Virus record (IMG/VR): IMGVR_UViG_3300010206_000041
Location: 1-33,559 of that record
Source: a virus
Lineage: Duplodnaviria; Caudoviricetes
Length of the DNA: 33,559 nt
Reading direction: 5' to 3' (one strand)
Below are positions 17,462 to 27,110 of the stretch, one piece after another. The position numbers and the translations under genes are program-made. The notes under the pieces are model-generated. The model had not been told where the DNA came from, did no database searches, and saw only the letters and a list, made by a program, of their open reading frames with translations. Every line of letters starts with the position of its first letter. The first letter of the stretch is position 1.

Positions 17462-18418
17462 ATGAAGCACGGCAGTATTTTTTTTGCCCTGAACGCCGAA
17501 GCCGGGAAAGCCCCTTCCCGAGTGCAGCTCCTCCCCGCTGGGACCCAAGTCATGGGTCGAGATGGGCGGTGGTGGAACAACTCAAACCCACAGGCAGTCA
17601 TCGAGCGGACCGTGGCGAGAAATGTCGATCTAGCCATCGACGAGAACCACGTCACCGACAAGGAATACAACGGAGTCCCCACCCGGGCCATGGCCTGGCT
17701 GTCGAACCTCACTGTTGAAACCAATGGCGAAGTCTGGGCGGATGCCGCCTGGACCCCAGAGGGACAGTCCTTGGTCGAATCCAAGGCATACCGGTATTTG
17801 TCACCGGTGTTCAGCTTCGACTCCAACACAAAAGAAATCGGGGCCATCATCGGGGCCGGGCTGGTCAACCGGCCCAATCTCGACCTGGCCGCCCTGAACA
17901 GTGAATCCCAATCCCCTGAGGAGGAATCCATGAAGAAAATTGCGGCGGCCCTGGGCTTGCCCGAGACCGCGACGGAGGACCAGGTCCTTGTGGCCCTGAA
18001 CGCCCTCCAAACCAAGGCCACGAACAGCCAGCAAGTGGACCTGTCTGTGTACGCCCCCAGGGCAGACGTGGCGGCGATGGAACAGCGGGCCATCAACGCC
18101 GAGACCAAGTTGGCTGAGCAGTCGAAGGCTGACCTGCAGAAACGGGCCGAAGTCACCGTCAACTCGGCGGTCACCGGTCGCAAGATCGCACCGGCCAGCA
18201 GGGACCAGTACTTGGCCCTCTGCGCCACCGAGGAAGGTCTGGCCAGCTTCGAGAAGATCATGGCCACGACCCCGGCCGTGTTGCCCGAACTCCCGAAGGA
18301 CCCCGTGACGACCCCCGGTGGAAGCACCGCGCTGAATGCCAGCGAAGAGGCTGTGGCCCGGGCCGCCGGCTACTCCAATGACGAATGGAAAAAGCTCCAG
18401 GAGGGCTCGAAGAAATGA
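17462..18418 (+). CDS. Mu-like prohead protease (gpI) with nested scaffold
   Basis: LLPAG...GRDGR, IDENH, AMAW, WT.EG, YRYLSPVF, GLVNRPNL. Confidence 0.92.
   Translation: MKHGSIFFALNAEAGKAPSRVQLLPAGTQVMGRDGRWWNNSNPQAVIERTVARNVDLAIDENHVTDKEYNGVPTRAMAWLSNLTVETNGEVWADAAWTPEGQSLVESKAYRYLSPVFSFDSNTKEIGAIIGAGLVNRPNLDLAALNSESQSPEEESMKKIAAALGLPETATEDQVLVALNALQTKATNSQQVDLSVYAPRADVAAMEQRAINAETKLAEQSKADLQKRAEVTVNSAVTGRKIAPASRDQYLALCATEEGLASFEKIMATTPAVLPELPKDPVTTPGGSTALNASEEAVARAAGYSNDEWKKLQEGSKK
17930..18418 (+). CDS. Nested in-frame scaffold protein (gpZ-like)
   Basis: GAGGAGG SD before in-frame ATG, MKKIAAALGL. Confidence 0.7.
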   Translation: MKKIAAALGLPETATEDQVLVALNALQTKATNSQQVDLSVYAPRADVAAMEQRAINAETKLAEQSKADLQKRAEVTVNSAVTGRKIAPASRDQYLALCATEEGLASFEKIMATTPAVLPELPKDPVTTPGGSTALNASEEAVARAAGYSNDEWKKLQEGSKK

Positions 18419-19323
18419 TCATCAAAGCTGACACCCTACAAGCCCTGCGGACCATGGTCCGGGGCGAGTTTCAGGCTCGAATGGCCCAGCTTGGTCCCAA
18501 GGAGGACTACAAGAAGCTGGTCACCATCGTGCCGTCGACCACGGCCCAGAATACCTACGCCTGGATGGGCAAGTTCCCCAAACTGCGCAAATGGATCGGG
18601 GCCCGGGTAGTAAAGTCGATGTCCGAGCATGGCTACGCCATCACCAACGAGAAGTTCGAATCCACCCTTGGCATTGATCGGACCGACATCGAGGACGATA
18701 ACCTCGGGGTCTACCGACCTCTGGCTCAGGCTGAGGCTGACGCGGTGGTAGATTTCTTCAACTTGGAAGTCTTCAATCTGCTGAAGAACGGATTCGCCGC
18801 TCTCTGCTACGACGGCCAGAACTTCTTTGACACCGACCATCCCATCTACCCCAACGAGGACGGTACCGGTGTTGCCGTGGCCACCTCGAACATCATCACT
18901 CCTGCCGCCGCCGGCACGCCTTGGTACCTGGTCAACCTTGAGGGAGTCCTCAGGCCGTTCATCCTTCAGCAACGTTCTGCGCCGGAGTTCGACGAGCTGA
19001 CCGATCCCAAGAGCGACAGCGTGTTCACCAACGACCAGTTTCAGTTCGGCATCCGTTACCGGGGAAGCTTCGGTTATGGGTTCTGGCAGCAGGCGGTGGC
19101 CAGTAAGGACACTCTCAACGCCGCCAATTTCGTATCGGCCAAGAACCGTATGGCGGGCTTCACTGCCGACGGAGGCGCTCCCCTGGGTATCCGGCCCACG
19201 CACCTGGTCGTGCCCCAGTCTCTGGAAGCGACCGCCAAGGAGTTGCTCAAACAGAACCTGGCCGGTGGCGAAAGCAATATCCACTACAACGCGGTCGAGC
19301 TGATCGTGTCGCCGTGGCTGTGA
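18415..19323 (+). CDS. Major capsid protein (Mu gpT-like)
   Basis: VPSTT..NTYAWMGKFP.LRKWIG, DIEDDNLG, CYDGQNFFDTDHP, GYGFWQ, LGIRPTHLVVP. Confidence 0.95.
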   Translation: MIIKADTLQALRTMVRGEFQARMAQLGPKEDYKKLVTIVPSTTAQNTYAWMGKFPKLRKWIGARVVKSMSEHGYAITNEKFESTLGIDRTDIEDDNLGVYRPLAQAEADAVVDFFNLEVFNLLKNGFAALCYDGQNFFDTDHPIYPNEDGTGVAVATSNIITPAAAGTPWYLVNLEGVLRPFILQQRSAPEFDELTDPKSDSVFTNDQFQFGIRYRGSFGYGFWQQAVASKDTLNAANFVSAKNRMAGFTADGGAPLGIRPTHLVVPQSLEATAKELLKQNLAGGESNIHYNAVELIVSPWL

Positions 19324-19331
19324 GGTGAAGC

Positions 19332-19667
19332 ATGAGTAAAGGTAAGAACCCTATGCCTCCGACACCTCCAACACCCCCAGTGACGAAACCTCCTGTGACC
19401 ACTCCGTCGTCGGAAGGAGGCGTTACCACGGTGCCACCCGGGTCACTGCAAGCAGCGGGAGCCAACCTGAACCAACAGGGAGCTATCGAGACACTGACGG
19501 TGACCCTGCGCCACAAGACTCCCAACGCGGTGTACCGCCGGGCCTGGGTGGTGCTGACCAAGGTAGCCAAGCAGTACGAAGTCACTGCCGAACAGTTCGA
19601 GATTCTGATTGACGACACCTGGATTGAAGTGGTCGAGAACGATGCGGTGGAGGACGCAGAGAAATGA
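19332..19667 (+). CDS. HI1506-like head-associated protein with Pro/Thr-rich N-terminus
   Basis: YRRA...EVTAEQFEILIDD.WIEV; position after capsid. Confidence 0.65.
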   Translation: MSKGKNPMPPTPPTPPVTKPPVTTPSSEGGVTTVPPGSLQAAGANLNQQGAIETLTVTLRHKTPNAVYRRAWVVLTKVAKQYEVTAEQFEILIDDTWIEVVENDAVEDAEK

Positions 19668-20113
19668 TTCCGCTACTGAGCGTGGCCGAGCTGGCTGGGA
19701 TGCTTTCCCGCCAGGCGGTTCTCCCTGTTGACCAAAACTCTGAGACCGGTGCCCTCGATGAGGCACGGATCACCGAAGCCCTCAAGGTGGCTACCGGTGT
19801 GATCGTGACCCATCTTCCCTGGCTCTTGGATTCCGTCACGGGAGAAATCGCCCTGCCTCTGCCCGCTCAGTTTGCCGACACCCTCCGGGGTGTTTGTGCC
19901 GACATCGCCATGCTTAGGCTGACCGATGCCGTGACCAGCAAGGAGGACGACCTCAAGCGCCAGGCGCAGTCAATCGACCTACTCAAGACCATCGCGAAGG
20001 AACGGCAAGGCGGACTGCTTGGCCCGGAGTACCAAGCCGCCGAACTGGTCGAAGAAGACCTCGCTGCGGGGATCTCTGACAGACGGTTCTGGAAGAAGGG
20101 AGAGATGCTTTGA
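19664..20113 (+). CDS. Head-tail adaptor (Mu gp36/DUF1320-like)
   Basis: ITEAL..ATG.I, LRGVCADIA..RL, IDLLKTIAK. Confidence 0.8.
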   Translation: MIPLLSVAELAGMLSRQAVLPVDQNSETGALDEARITEALKVATGVIVTHLPWLLDSVTGEIALPLPAQFADTLRGVCADIAMLRLTDAVTSKEDDLKRQAQSIDLLKTIAKERQGGLLGPEYQAAELVEEDLAAGISDRRFWKKGEML

Positions 20114-20580
20114 GCGCGGCCATGATCAAATTCGACACCAGGGAGATCGAGCTTCTGGCCCGCCGGCTCAACAACGGTGCGGCGCTAAGACCCTCCGACC
20201 GAGTACAGCTACTGAAGAACTTGGGAGCGGAGATCGAGGACCAGACTCGGGAAAGATTCGCCACCAAGGAAAGTCCTGATAGTGAACCCTGGGCGGACCT
20301 CAAGCCGAGTACCATTGAGAACTACACCAAGAGAAAGTTCTCGGGGAACACCCTGCTTTTTCTCAGCGGCCAACTCCACAACACTATCGAGTCTCAGGTT
20401 CAGAACCAATGGTCTGTGCTTGCTGGAGCGACTGAAGAATATGCGGCCGTTCACCAGTGGGGCTGGGAGGCTCGGGGTATCGACGCCCGGCCCTACCTCG
20501 GTGTCGGTCCTAACGATGAGCAGGCCCTGGCGGGCATCGTGACCACCTTCATCCAAGGCCTTATGGCGAGGCCGGCATGA
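20110..20580 (+). CDS. Virion morphogenesis protein (Mu gpG-like)
   Basis: ERF..KESPD..PWADL, L..SGQL, YAAVHQWG, IDARPYLG. Confidence 0.88.
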   Translation: MSAAMIKFDTREIELLARRLNNGAALRPSDRVQLLKNLGAEIEDQTRERFATKESPDSEPWADLKPSTIENYTKRKFSGNTLLFLSGQLHNTIESQVQNQWSVLAGATEEYAAVHQWGWEARGIDARPYLGVGPNDEQALAGIVTTFIQGLMARPA

Positions 20581-21095
20581 GCGTGGTTAGCTACAAGGAC
20601 ATCCGTAACGCCGCCGTCCAGGCCCTTGCTACCGCCTTCGCACCGATTCGCGGCCTAAAAGTTGAGGCCCATCCGGGTCGCTTCGACGAGGCAGAGATCA
20701 AGAGGCTGGCGGTCTTGGCCCCAGCCCTGCTGACCAGTCTGATGCGGATTTCTCCAGCTGAAGGCGAGGACCTTCAGACCATGGAGTTCGTCACTTGGGT
20801 GATAGTTCGAGCAGACAACCAGGACACCCTTTTCGATAGGGCGTTGGCTCTGATTTCCCTCCTGACCCCAACCCTGAGGAACCTCGACACCGAGTGGTCG
20901 ATCGGCGGTGGGCAGGGCATCGAAGCAACGAATCTTTATACCAGCTCGCAGGGGGCCATCAACGTGTCCCTGTGGGCCGTCAATTGGACTTGGAAGGTAC
21001 GTGCCAACCAGGTCGGAATCTCCGAGGGAGGAATCCTCCTCCCCGGGGCGTTGGAACTCTTCGAGGGTGCCACCGCCGAAACCCTACTTTCGTAA
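20577..21095 (+). CDS. Mu gp37-like tail completion protein
   Basis: VEAHPGRFD..EIKR..APA; position before sheath. Confidence 0.65.
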   Translation: MSVVSYKDIRNAAVQALATAFAPIRGLKVEAHPGRFDEAEIKRLAVLAPALLTSLMRISPAEGEDLQTMEFVTWVIVRADNQDTLFDRALALISLLTPTLRNLDTEWSIGGGQGIEATNLYTSSQGAINVSLWAVNWTWKVRANQVGISEGGILLPGALELFEGATAETLLS

Positions 21096-21103
21096 GGAGG
21101 CCC

Positions 21104-22585
21104 ATGATGGGAGCCATTCCGTTTACCCAGATTCCCGAAAGCCTACTGGTCCCCGGACAGTATCAAGAAATCGACAACTCGTTGGCTGGAGGAGTCGAAG
21201 ACGTCAAGCGCGTTCTGATTGTGGACGTGAAGGGTGCCACCGGTGAAGCCGTTGCTGGACAGGTTGTCGGGGTCACCAGTGAGGCCAGGGCCAGAACTCT
21301 CCTCGTTGCTGGTTCCCCTGCGGCCCGACTCGCCCAGGCCTACTTGAAGGTCAACAAGGTCGATCAGCTGTTCGTGCTCCCGGTCGCTGAGAACGCCGCC
21401 GGGGTAAAGGCGGTCAAGAAGATCACCTTCACCAATGTCGCCACAAAGGCGGGGGTGCTAACCAGGTACATCGGCGGCCAGAAGGTTCAAGTGGCTGTGG
21501 GAGCCAATGAACCCTCTGCCACCTCGGCGGCCGCCTTCATCGCGGCGGTCAACGGGCTGGTCGATATGCCGGTCGAAGCCTCGGCCGGGGGCGCTGGCAA
21601 CGAGGTGTTGCTGACCGCTGGAACCAAGGGCACCGACGGCAACTTCATCGACATCGCCGCCGGGCTTGCCGGTGAAACCGATCCTGCCGGCGTAAGCCTG
21701 GTGGTGACCACCGTCACCGCCGGTGCCGGGAACCCCGACGCCGCCGCCGCCCTCGCGGCCCTGGGGGATGTTCGCTACCACTATATTCTCACCACCCTCG
21801 ATGACCTGGCCAACATGACCGGATACCAAGCAGAACTCACCGATCGATACTCGGCCACCCGGCAGATTGGTGCCCGGCTGTTCGTCGCCATTTCGGGTGA
21901 GGTGGGCGACGAGACCGCCGCTGGAACCATGATTCACCAGGCAGAGACCATCAACAACCCGCACCTGGTGCTGATCCCCCGGGGTAAGAATCCCCACGAT
22001 CCCGCTTCTTGGGTCGGGCGTCTGGCCGGCAAGGCCATCCGCCGCCTGGCCGATGATCCGGCGGCGAATACCTACGGCCTTGAAGTGGATGGCCTGGTCG
22101 TGACCCATTCGTACACGGCCGCCGAGCGTCAGGCCCTGCTCATGGCGGGCATCGCGACTTGGAAAGAGTCTGCGGCCGGAGGCGTGGTCATTGAACGGCT
22201 GGTGACCTCATACACTGAGAACGCCGATGGAGACCGGGATACCAGTTACCTCGACGTTCAGGTCACCGAGACGGTCGATGCCATTCGAACCTACAACAAC
22301 TCCCTGATCGCCAAGCGGTACAAGGGGTGGAAGTTGGCGGCCACCAATGAGAACTTCGGGCCGGGGGCCAAGGTCATGACTTCCGTGATCCTCAAGTCCT
22401 TCCTAATTGAAACCTATGCCGAGACCTTCATCAAGGAACGGCAGTGGTGCCAGGACCTGGACAGCTACAAGTCCAGTGTGATCGTCATTCCCCAGCCTGG
22501 AAGCAAGACACGGCTCAACTATCAACACCGTCCCACTCTGATCGGCCAATTCTACCAGGCAGCCGGTCTGACCCAGTTCGAATAA
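21104..22585 (+). CDS. Tail sheath protein (Mu gpL-like)
   Basis: IPFTQIP..LLVPGQY.EIDNS.A, GAGNPD, ERQALL..GIAT, IERLVTSY...D.SYLD; AAGGAGG SD. Confidence 0.92.
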   Translation: MMGAIPFTQIPESLLVPGQYQEIDNSLAGGVEDVKRVLIVDVKGATGEAVAGQVVGVTSEARARTLLVAGSPAARLAQAYLKVNKVDQLFVLPVAENAAGVKAVKKITFTNVATKAGVLTRYIGGQKVQVAVGANEPSATSAAAFIAAVNGLVDMPVEASAGGAGNEVLLTAGTKGTDGNFIDIAAGLAGETDPAGVSLVVTTVTAGAGNPDAAAALAALGDVRYHYILTTLDDLANMTGYQAELTDRYSATRQIGARLFVAISGEVGDETAAGTMIHQAETINNPHLVLIPRGKNPHDPASWVGRLAGKAIRRLADDPAANTYGLEVDGLVVTHSYTAAERQALLMAGIATWKESAAGGVVIERLVTSYTENADGDRDTSYLDVQVTETVDAIRTYNNSLIAKRYKGWKLAATNENFGPGAKVMTSVILKSFLIETYAETFIKERQWCQDLDSYKSSVIVIPQPGSKTRLNYQHRPTLIGQFYQAAGLTQFE

Positions 22586-22594
22586 GGAGATGTC

Positions 22595-22948
22595 ATGAAG
22601 CTTAATAAAGTAATTCGCGTCACCAGCGCTGCTCTGGGAGAGTTTCCCCTCAAGGAAGATGGGGCCACGTTCAAGCCCTCGGGCATGAAGCGCGACACCC
22701 ATGTTGCCGAAGTTGCTGAAAATATCGGCTACACCGAGACCCCCCAGGCGGCCACCTTGGACATGACCATTCAGGCCACTCTGGACGCCAGCGACATCAA
22801 TGCCCTGCAGACCGACTCACTGACGATTTACTTGGCCGGGGGCGGCGTGCATACCATGCCCAACGGCTGGTACGACGAGCCTGCTGAACTCGGCAAGGGC
22901 GAGATCAAGGTGAAGTTCACCTGCGGCAAAAGCCAGAAGATCCAATGA
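22595..22948 (+). CDS. Tail tube protein (Mu gpM-like)
   Basis: Size and position after sheath; SGMKRDT..GYTETP; AAGGAG SD. Confidence 0.8.
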   Translation: MKLNKVIRVTSAALGEFPLKEDGATFKPSGMKRDTHVAEVAENIGYTETPQAATLDMTIQATLDASDINALQTDSLTIYLAGGGVHTMPNGWYDEPAELGKGEIKVKFTCGKSQKIQ

Positions 22949-23343
22949 CCACCATCCATCTTCAAAGTCCCCTCAAGAAGGGAGAGGTCACCATTGAGGA
23001 GCTGACCTTCAAAGAGATGAATGTCGGCCACCTCCTGGCTGTGGATGGGCTGGATATGAACACGGCCGCCGCCACGATCGCCTTGGCTTCGGCCCTTACC
23101 GGGGCCCCTGCTTTGATGTTCCGCGGGATGGGGCCCGACGATTGGGTTCAGGTGAGGACTGAGGTGCGCATGGCCTTCAATCGGTTCGCGGGAGTATCGA
23201 AGCAGGGGATTGTGGCGTCCTTGGCCGTGGAGCTTTCACCGGAGGACTTCGCGGAATTGATCAAGGCCTATGCCGCCGACCGTGGATTGGATTTGGCCGT
23301 CTGGATGGATGCCCAGGGCGAGGCCCCGGGCGAAACCCCTTGA
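22945..23343 (+). CDS. Tail assembly chaperone (gp41-like)
   Basis: IHLQSPLKKGEVTIEELTFKE..VGHL; between tube and tape measure. Confidence 0.8.
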   Translation: MTTIHLQSPLKKGEVTIEELTFKEMNVGHLLAVDGLDMNTAAATIALASALTGAPALMFRGMGPDDWVQVRTEVRMAFNRFAGVSKQGIVASLAVELSPEDFAELIKAYAADRGLDLAVWMDAQGEAPGETP

Positions 23344-23543
23344 CGGGAGACGGCGGCGAGGACGACTCGCTGACCGTCTCCCAATTGATCGAAGAACTCC
23401 GAGCGGCCTGTGCAGACATTCTGCACGTGCTTCCCGGCATGACCTTGGCCGAGCTGAAAAAACTTGACTGGGCAGGCCTATGCCGCTGGAGAACCACGGC
23501 GATCGCTGTCTACAAAAACACCCGAGGGGTTCAACATGGCTGA
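23340..23543 (+). CDS. Chaperone extension (GpE'-like), likely expressed by -1 frameshift
   Basis: ADI...ELKKLDW..L.RW motif; -1 frame relative to upstream ORF; no clear SD. Confidence 0.6.
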   Translation: MTGDGGEDDSLTVSQLIEELRAACADILHVLPGMTLAELKKLDWAGLCRWRTTAIAVYKNTRGVQHG

Positions 23544-25779
23544 TCAAATTCGGGCCGGGGTTCTCCTGTCCCTCAAAGACACCTACTCTCCAGGGATCAA
23601 GAAAGCTGGGGCTGAAACCAAGGGCTTCGAGTCTGGAATTCTTTCCAGCATGGAGAAGATCAATCGAGCCACCAGCGGCGTATCGGCAAAAATGGCCGGG
23701 GTGGGTCTGACCATTGGCACAGGCGTGGCGGTCAACGACCTGATAAACACGCAGGCTCGGATGGAGCGGTTGGCCACCAGCTTCGACATTTCTACCCAGG
23801 CTGCTGATCAGCTCAAAGCCAAGATTTATCAGGTTTCCCAGTCTCCCGAGATCAAGGTGGATAAAGGAGAAATTCTGGGGGCGATGGAACAGATCGCCGA
23901 GCGCACGGGTGACCTGAAGTTTGCCGAGGAAAACGTCAGAGCGATCGGCCTGGCGATCCAAGCTACAGGTGCAACCGGCGATGACATCGGTGGGATGTTT
24001 GCCGAGTTCCAGAAGATGGGCTTGGGGGCCAAGGATTCGATGGCCGCCCTCGAGGCCCTAACCGTTCAGGGCAAGAAAGGAGCCTTCACCCTACAGAACT
24101 TGGCCGGCCTTGGTCCACGGACCATAGCGGCCTACTCGGCGACGGGCCGGACCGGAACGACAGCCCTTCGAGAGATGGGAGCCGCTCTACAGGTAATTCG
24201 GCAAAGCACCGGAAGCTCTGAACAAGCGGCCACCAGCTTCGAAGCTGTCATGCGTAACCTGACCGACCCGGTGAAGCAGAAAGAACTCAAGAAGATGGGA
24301 GTGGCTGTTCGCGATCAGGCGGGTGAGTTCAGACCGATCACCACCCTGTTGGCCGAGATCGTCACCAAGGCCAAGGGCTCCCCTGAGGCTCTCGGTTCGA
24401 TCTTTGATGCCGAGGCGATGCGGGCCTTCAATGCCTCGATCGCCGAGTATCAGAAGTCGGGGGCGGTCACCAGTCTAGAGGAGTTCTTGGCCCTCCAAGG
24501 TGATGGCAATACCATCCTGAGGGACTCGGCCCGCAACGCCCAAACGCTCAAGGCAAACATTACGAACCTTCAGGGAGCCTTCACCAAGTTCGCCGACAAG
24601 AACCTCACCGCCCCGTTGGGGGTGATCGCCGACACGTTGAACCGGCTGGCCGAAAAGCCCCGGGAATTGCAACGGGTTTTCACAACGATTGCCGTTGGCC
24701 TGGCCGCCGTTGCCGCCGTCAAAGGTCTGACAACCGCTACCACCCTGGTGAAGAACTTGAAGGACCTGAAGGCTCCTAAAGGGTTTGGAGGGGCTGGAGG
24801 TGCCACAGTAGGGGGTACTGGGGGAGCACGGCCGGTGGCGGTCATGGTGACCAACTGGCCGGCGGGAGGGATTGGAACGGGAACAGGCTCTGGCGTTGGC
24901 CTGACCCCTGAGGTGGGGGCGGATGGCAAAGGCAAACCAGAATCGGCCATGAAATCAAAGGCCGACAAGTTGAGGGCACAGAAAGCCAGCCAGACGGCAG
25001 CCTTGAAGGGTGGGCTCATCGCCGGGGGTATCCAGCTGGCCCTCAACGCCGCAGGATCTGTCCCAGACATGTTGGCCGTGGCTGGAGACTCAACACTGAC
25101 TGATCGTGAAAAGAGCAAGGAGATCGGTGGTGACGTTGGAGGCCTTGTCGGCGGACTGGGCGGTACCGTCGGGGGGGCCCTGGCTGGGGCCGCTCTAGGG
25201 TCCGTTGTCCCAGTCTTCGGAACCGCAGTCGGAGCGCTTGTCGGGGCAGGGATTGGAATGCTCGGTGGCTGGTTAGGGACCGAAGCGGGAAAGATGGTTG
25301 GAGAGAGCTTGGTCCCCGCTTCCAAAGAAGCCTCAGTGACTCATCTGGCCGGGTATTCCATGGGGCCGTCGGGCCCAGTTGCAACACCATCGGTGGGGGA
25401 ACGGCAATCGGACCGAGTTGCAGCGCCATCGGTGGGGGAGTTGCCGGCTTTCAAAGACGCCTCAGCGACCCAGTTGGCCAGGCATTCCCTGGGGCCGGCG
25501 GACCGAGACGCAATACCATCGATGGGGGCGCTGCCTGACAACAAGGTTGCGTTCCGTCGAGACCTTGCCGGTGCTTCAATTCCGGCCCAACCCTCTGAAA
25601 CCTCAGGCTCTCAACTGGGGAAAAGCCAACTCCCCCAGAGCGCCCAAAGCAGTGAACTGGTCCAGAAGCTCCAACTCGAAATCAACGACAAGACGACCAA
25701 AGCCAGATTGGAGACGATCTCGGCTCCTGACTACATGAAAACCAATACGGGATCATCCCGCGTGGCCAGGGGGGCTTGA
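23536..25779 (+). CDS. Tape measure protein
   Basis: Long Ala/Gly-rich helical protein; GAALGSVVPVFGTAVGALVG; synteny. Confidence 0.9.
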   Translation: MADQIRAGVLLSLKDTYSPGIKKAGAETKGFESGILSSMEKINRATSGVSAKMAGVGLTIGTGVAVNDLINTQARMERLATSFDISTQAADQLKAKIYQVSQSPEIKVDKGEILGAMEQIAERTGDLKFAEENVRAIGLAIQATGATGDDIGGMFAEFQKMGLGAKDSMAALEALTVQGKKGAFTLQNLAGLGPRTIAAYSATGRTGTTALREMGAALQVIRQSTGSSEQAATSFEAVMRNLTDPVKQKELKKMGVAVRDQAGEFRPITTLLAEIVTKAKGSPEALGSIFDAEAMRAFNASIAEYQKSGAVTSLEEFLALQGDGNTILRDSARNAQTLKANITNLQGAFTKFADKNLTAPLGVIADTLNRLAEKPRELQRVFTTIAVGLAAVAAVKGLTTATTLVKNLKDLKAPKGFGGAGGATVGGTGGARPVAVMVTNWPAGGIGTGTGSGVGLTPEVGADGKGKPESAMKSKADKLRAQKASQTAALKGGLIAGGIQLALNAAGSVPDMLAVAGDSTLTDREKSKEIGGDVGGLVGGLGGTVGGALAGAALGSVVPVFGTAVGALVGAGIGMLGGWLGTEAGKMVGESLVPASKEASVTHLAGYSMGPSGPVATPSVGERQSDRVAAPSVGELPAFKDASATQLARHSLGPADRDAIPSMGALPDNKVAFRRDLAGASIPAQPSETSGSQLGKSQLPQSAQSSELVQKLQLEINDKTTKARLETISAPDYMKTNTGSSRVARGA

Positions 25780-27110
25780 TGGCTTTCAAAGTAGACCTGC
25801 CCAACCTGATTGCGACTGACCTTACCAGTGCCTTCGAAAAGACCGGCCGAAAAGGTCTTGGCACCGGGAGCTACGAAGCGCCTGGTCAGACGGCCTGTTT
25901 CTTCATCGTCGAGAAGACAAAGCTTGGAGGCGGGCAGTCGATCGAGACCTCCGAGTTCCCGTTCCAAGGGGGATGGGGAACCAGGTCACTGAATAGAAAG
26001 GTGCAAACCTTCACGGCCACCGTATCGATCTGTGGCCGCGACTACATGGGGCGCCGCAATGCCTTGGTAGAGGCTCTCGACCAGAGCACCGACGACGATT
26101 CGCCCGGCACCATAGAACTGCCTTCCTGGGGCCGACTTCCTGTTGTCGTCCAAGATTGGGAAATCGAAGAGGAAAACCAGAAGCAAGGCCTAGCGACCTT
26201 CAGCCTCACGTTTGTTCGTGCTGGGCTCTCGGTAATCAAGCGGACTCTTGAGGCATCGGTGCGCAAGAGTCTGGCCGCGCCACAAGTCCAGGGGGCAGCA
26301 GAGCAGCTGAAAACACGATCTTGCATCATTCTTGAGAAGAAACTCCCGGCCTCGGCGCTATCACCCAACATGCTTCGCCAGGCGTTCTCGACCATTTCGG
26401 GAAAGCTGCAGGAGTTGGTCGGGAGGGTTCAGGCCGCTAAAATGGTCATCGAACAGGCGGCGGCCAGCGTGCAGTCTCTGATCAGTCTGATTGCCCAAGG
26501 TGTATCGTCCCCGAAGGTTTTAGCCTTGGCGATGTTTGGAGCCTATCAGACCATCGCCTCTGCCGTTCTTGACCTGCTCGATTCCGAGGATCTCTCCAGC
26601 CAAGTGGAGCCAGTCAAACAGATTTTGAATGGACACCTGAATGGCCGGAATGTGCTTTTGCAGTTGATGGCCGAGGACATGCGCCTGGATCTTCCCGTCG
26701 GGTCTAGCCGTGATGCGATCACGTTGGCCGCAGTGACGGCCGTACACCAGGCGGGGATTTTCTATGCTTGCGGGCTCATCCTGCCGACGGCCGCCAACAT
26801 CAGCCAGAGCCAGGCGCGTGACCTTATCAGCCAGAGCCAGGCGCGTGACCTTTTCGCCTTGTTCGTCGAGATTGAGAACAGGATTGATCGCTCTGACCCC
26901 GACATGTATTGGTTGTGCAGTGAGCTTCGGTCATCGGTCAACGACGCCCTATCGTCGCTGGGGCTGGAGTCTGAAAAAACCAGGGAGTTGTACGCCAAGA
27001 TGCCGGTTCTACCTCTCTCGAGCGATCTTGGGGTTTCAGCCGATAGCCTGGAAAACCTCAACCAAATCGAAGACCAGCATGCGGTGATTGGTAAGGTGCT
27101 CTATGTCTGA
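25776..27110 (+). CDS. DNA circularisation protein (Mu gpN-like)
   Basis: GG..IETSEFPF, DYMGRRNALVEALD...PGTIELPSWG, ATFSLTFVRAG. Confidence 0.82.
   Translation: MMAFKVDLPNLIATDLTSAFEKTGRKGLGTGSYEAPGQTACFFIVEKTKLGGGQSIETSEFPFQGGWGTRSLNRKVQTFTATVSICGRDYMGRRNALVEALDQSTDDDSPGTIELPSWGRLPVVVQDWEIEEENQKQGLATFSLTFVRAGLSVIKRTLEASVRKSLAAPQVQGAAEQLKTRSCIILEKKLPASALSPNMLRQAFSTISGKLQELVGRVQAAKMVIEQAAASVQSLISLIAQGVSSPKVLALAMFGAYQTIASAVLDLLDSEDLSSQVEPVKQILNGHLNGRNVLLQLMAEDMRLDLPVGSSRDAITLAAVTAVHQAGIFYACGLILPTAANISQSQARDLISQSQARDLFALFVEIENRIDRSDPDMYWLCSELRSSVNDALSSLGLESEKTRELYAKMPVLPLSSDLGVSADSLENLNQIEDQHAVIGKVLYV
26799..26852 (+). repeat. Perfect 27-bp tandem duplication (ISQSQARDL x2)
   Basis: ATCAGCCAGAGCCAGGCGCGTGACCTT twice in succession. 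Confidence 0.95.

Noticed and set aside
17440-19284. Long antisense ORFs (295 and 282 aa)
   Set aside because: Fully overlap the protease and capsid genes; codon-bias shadows
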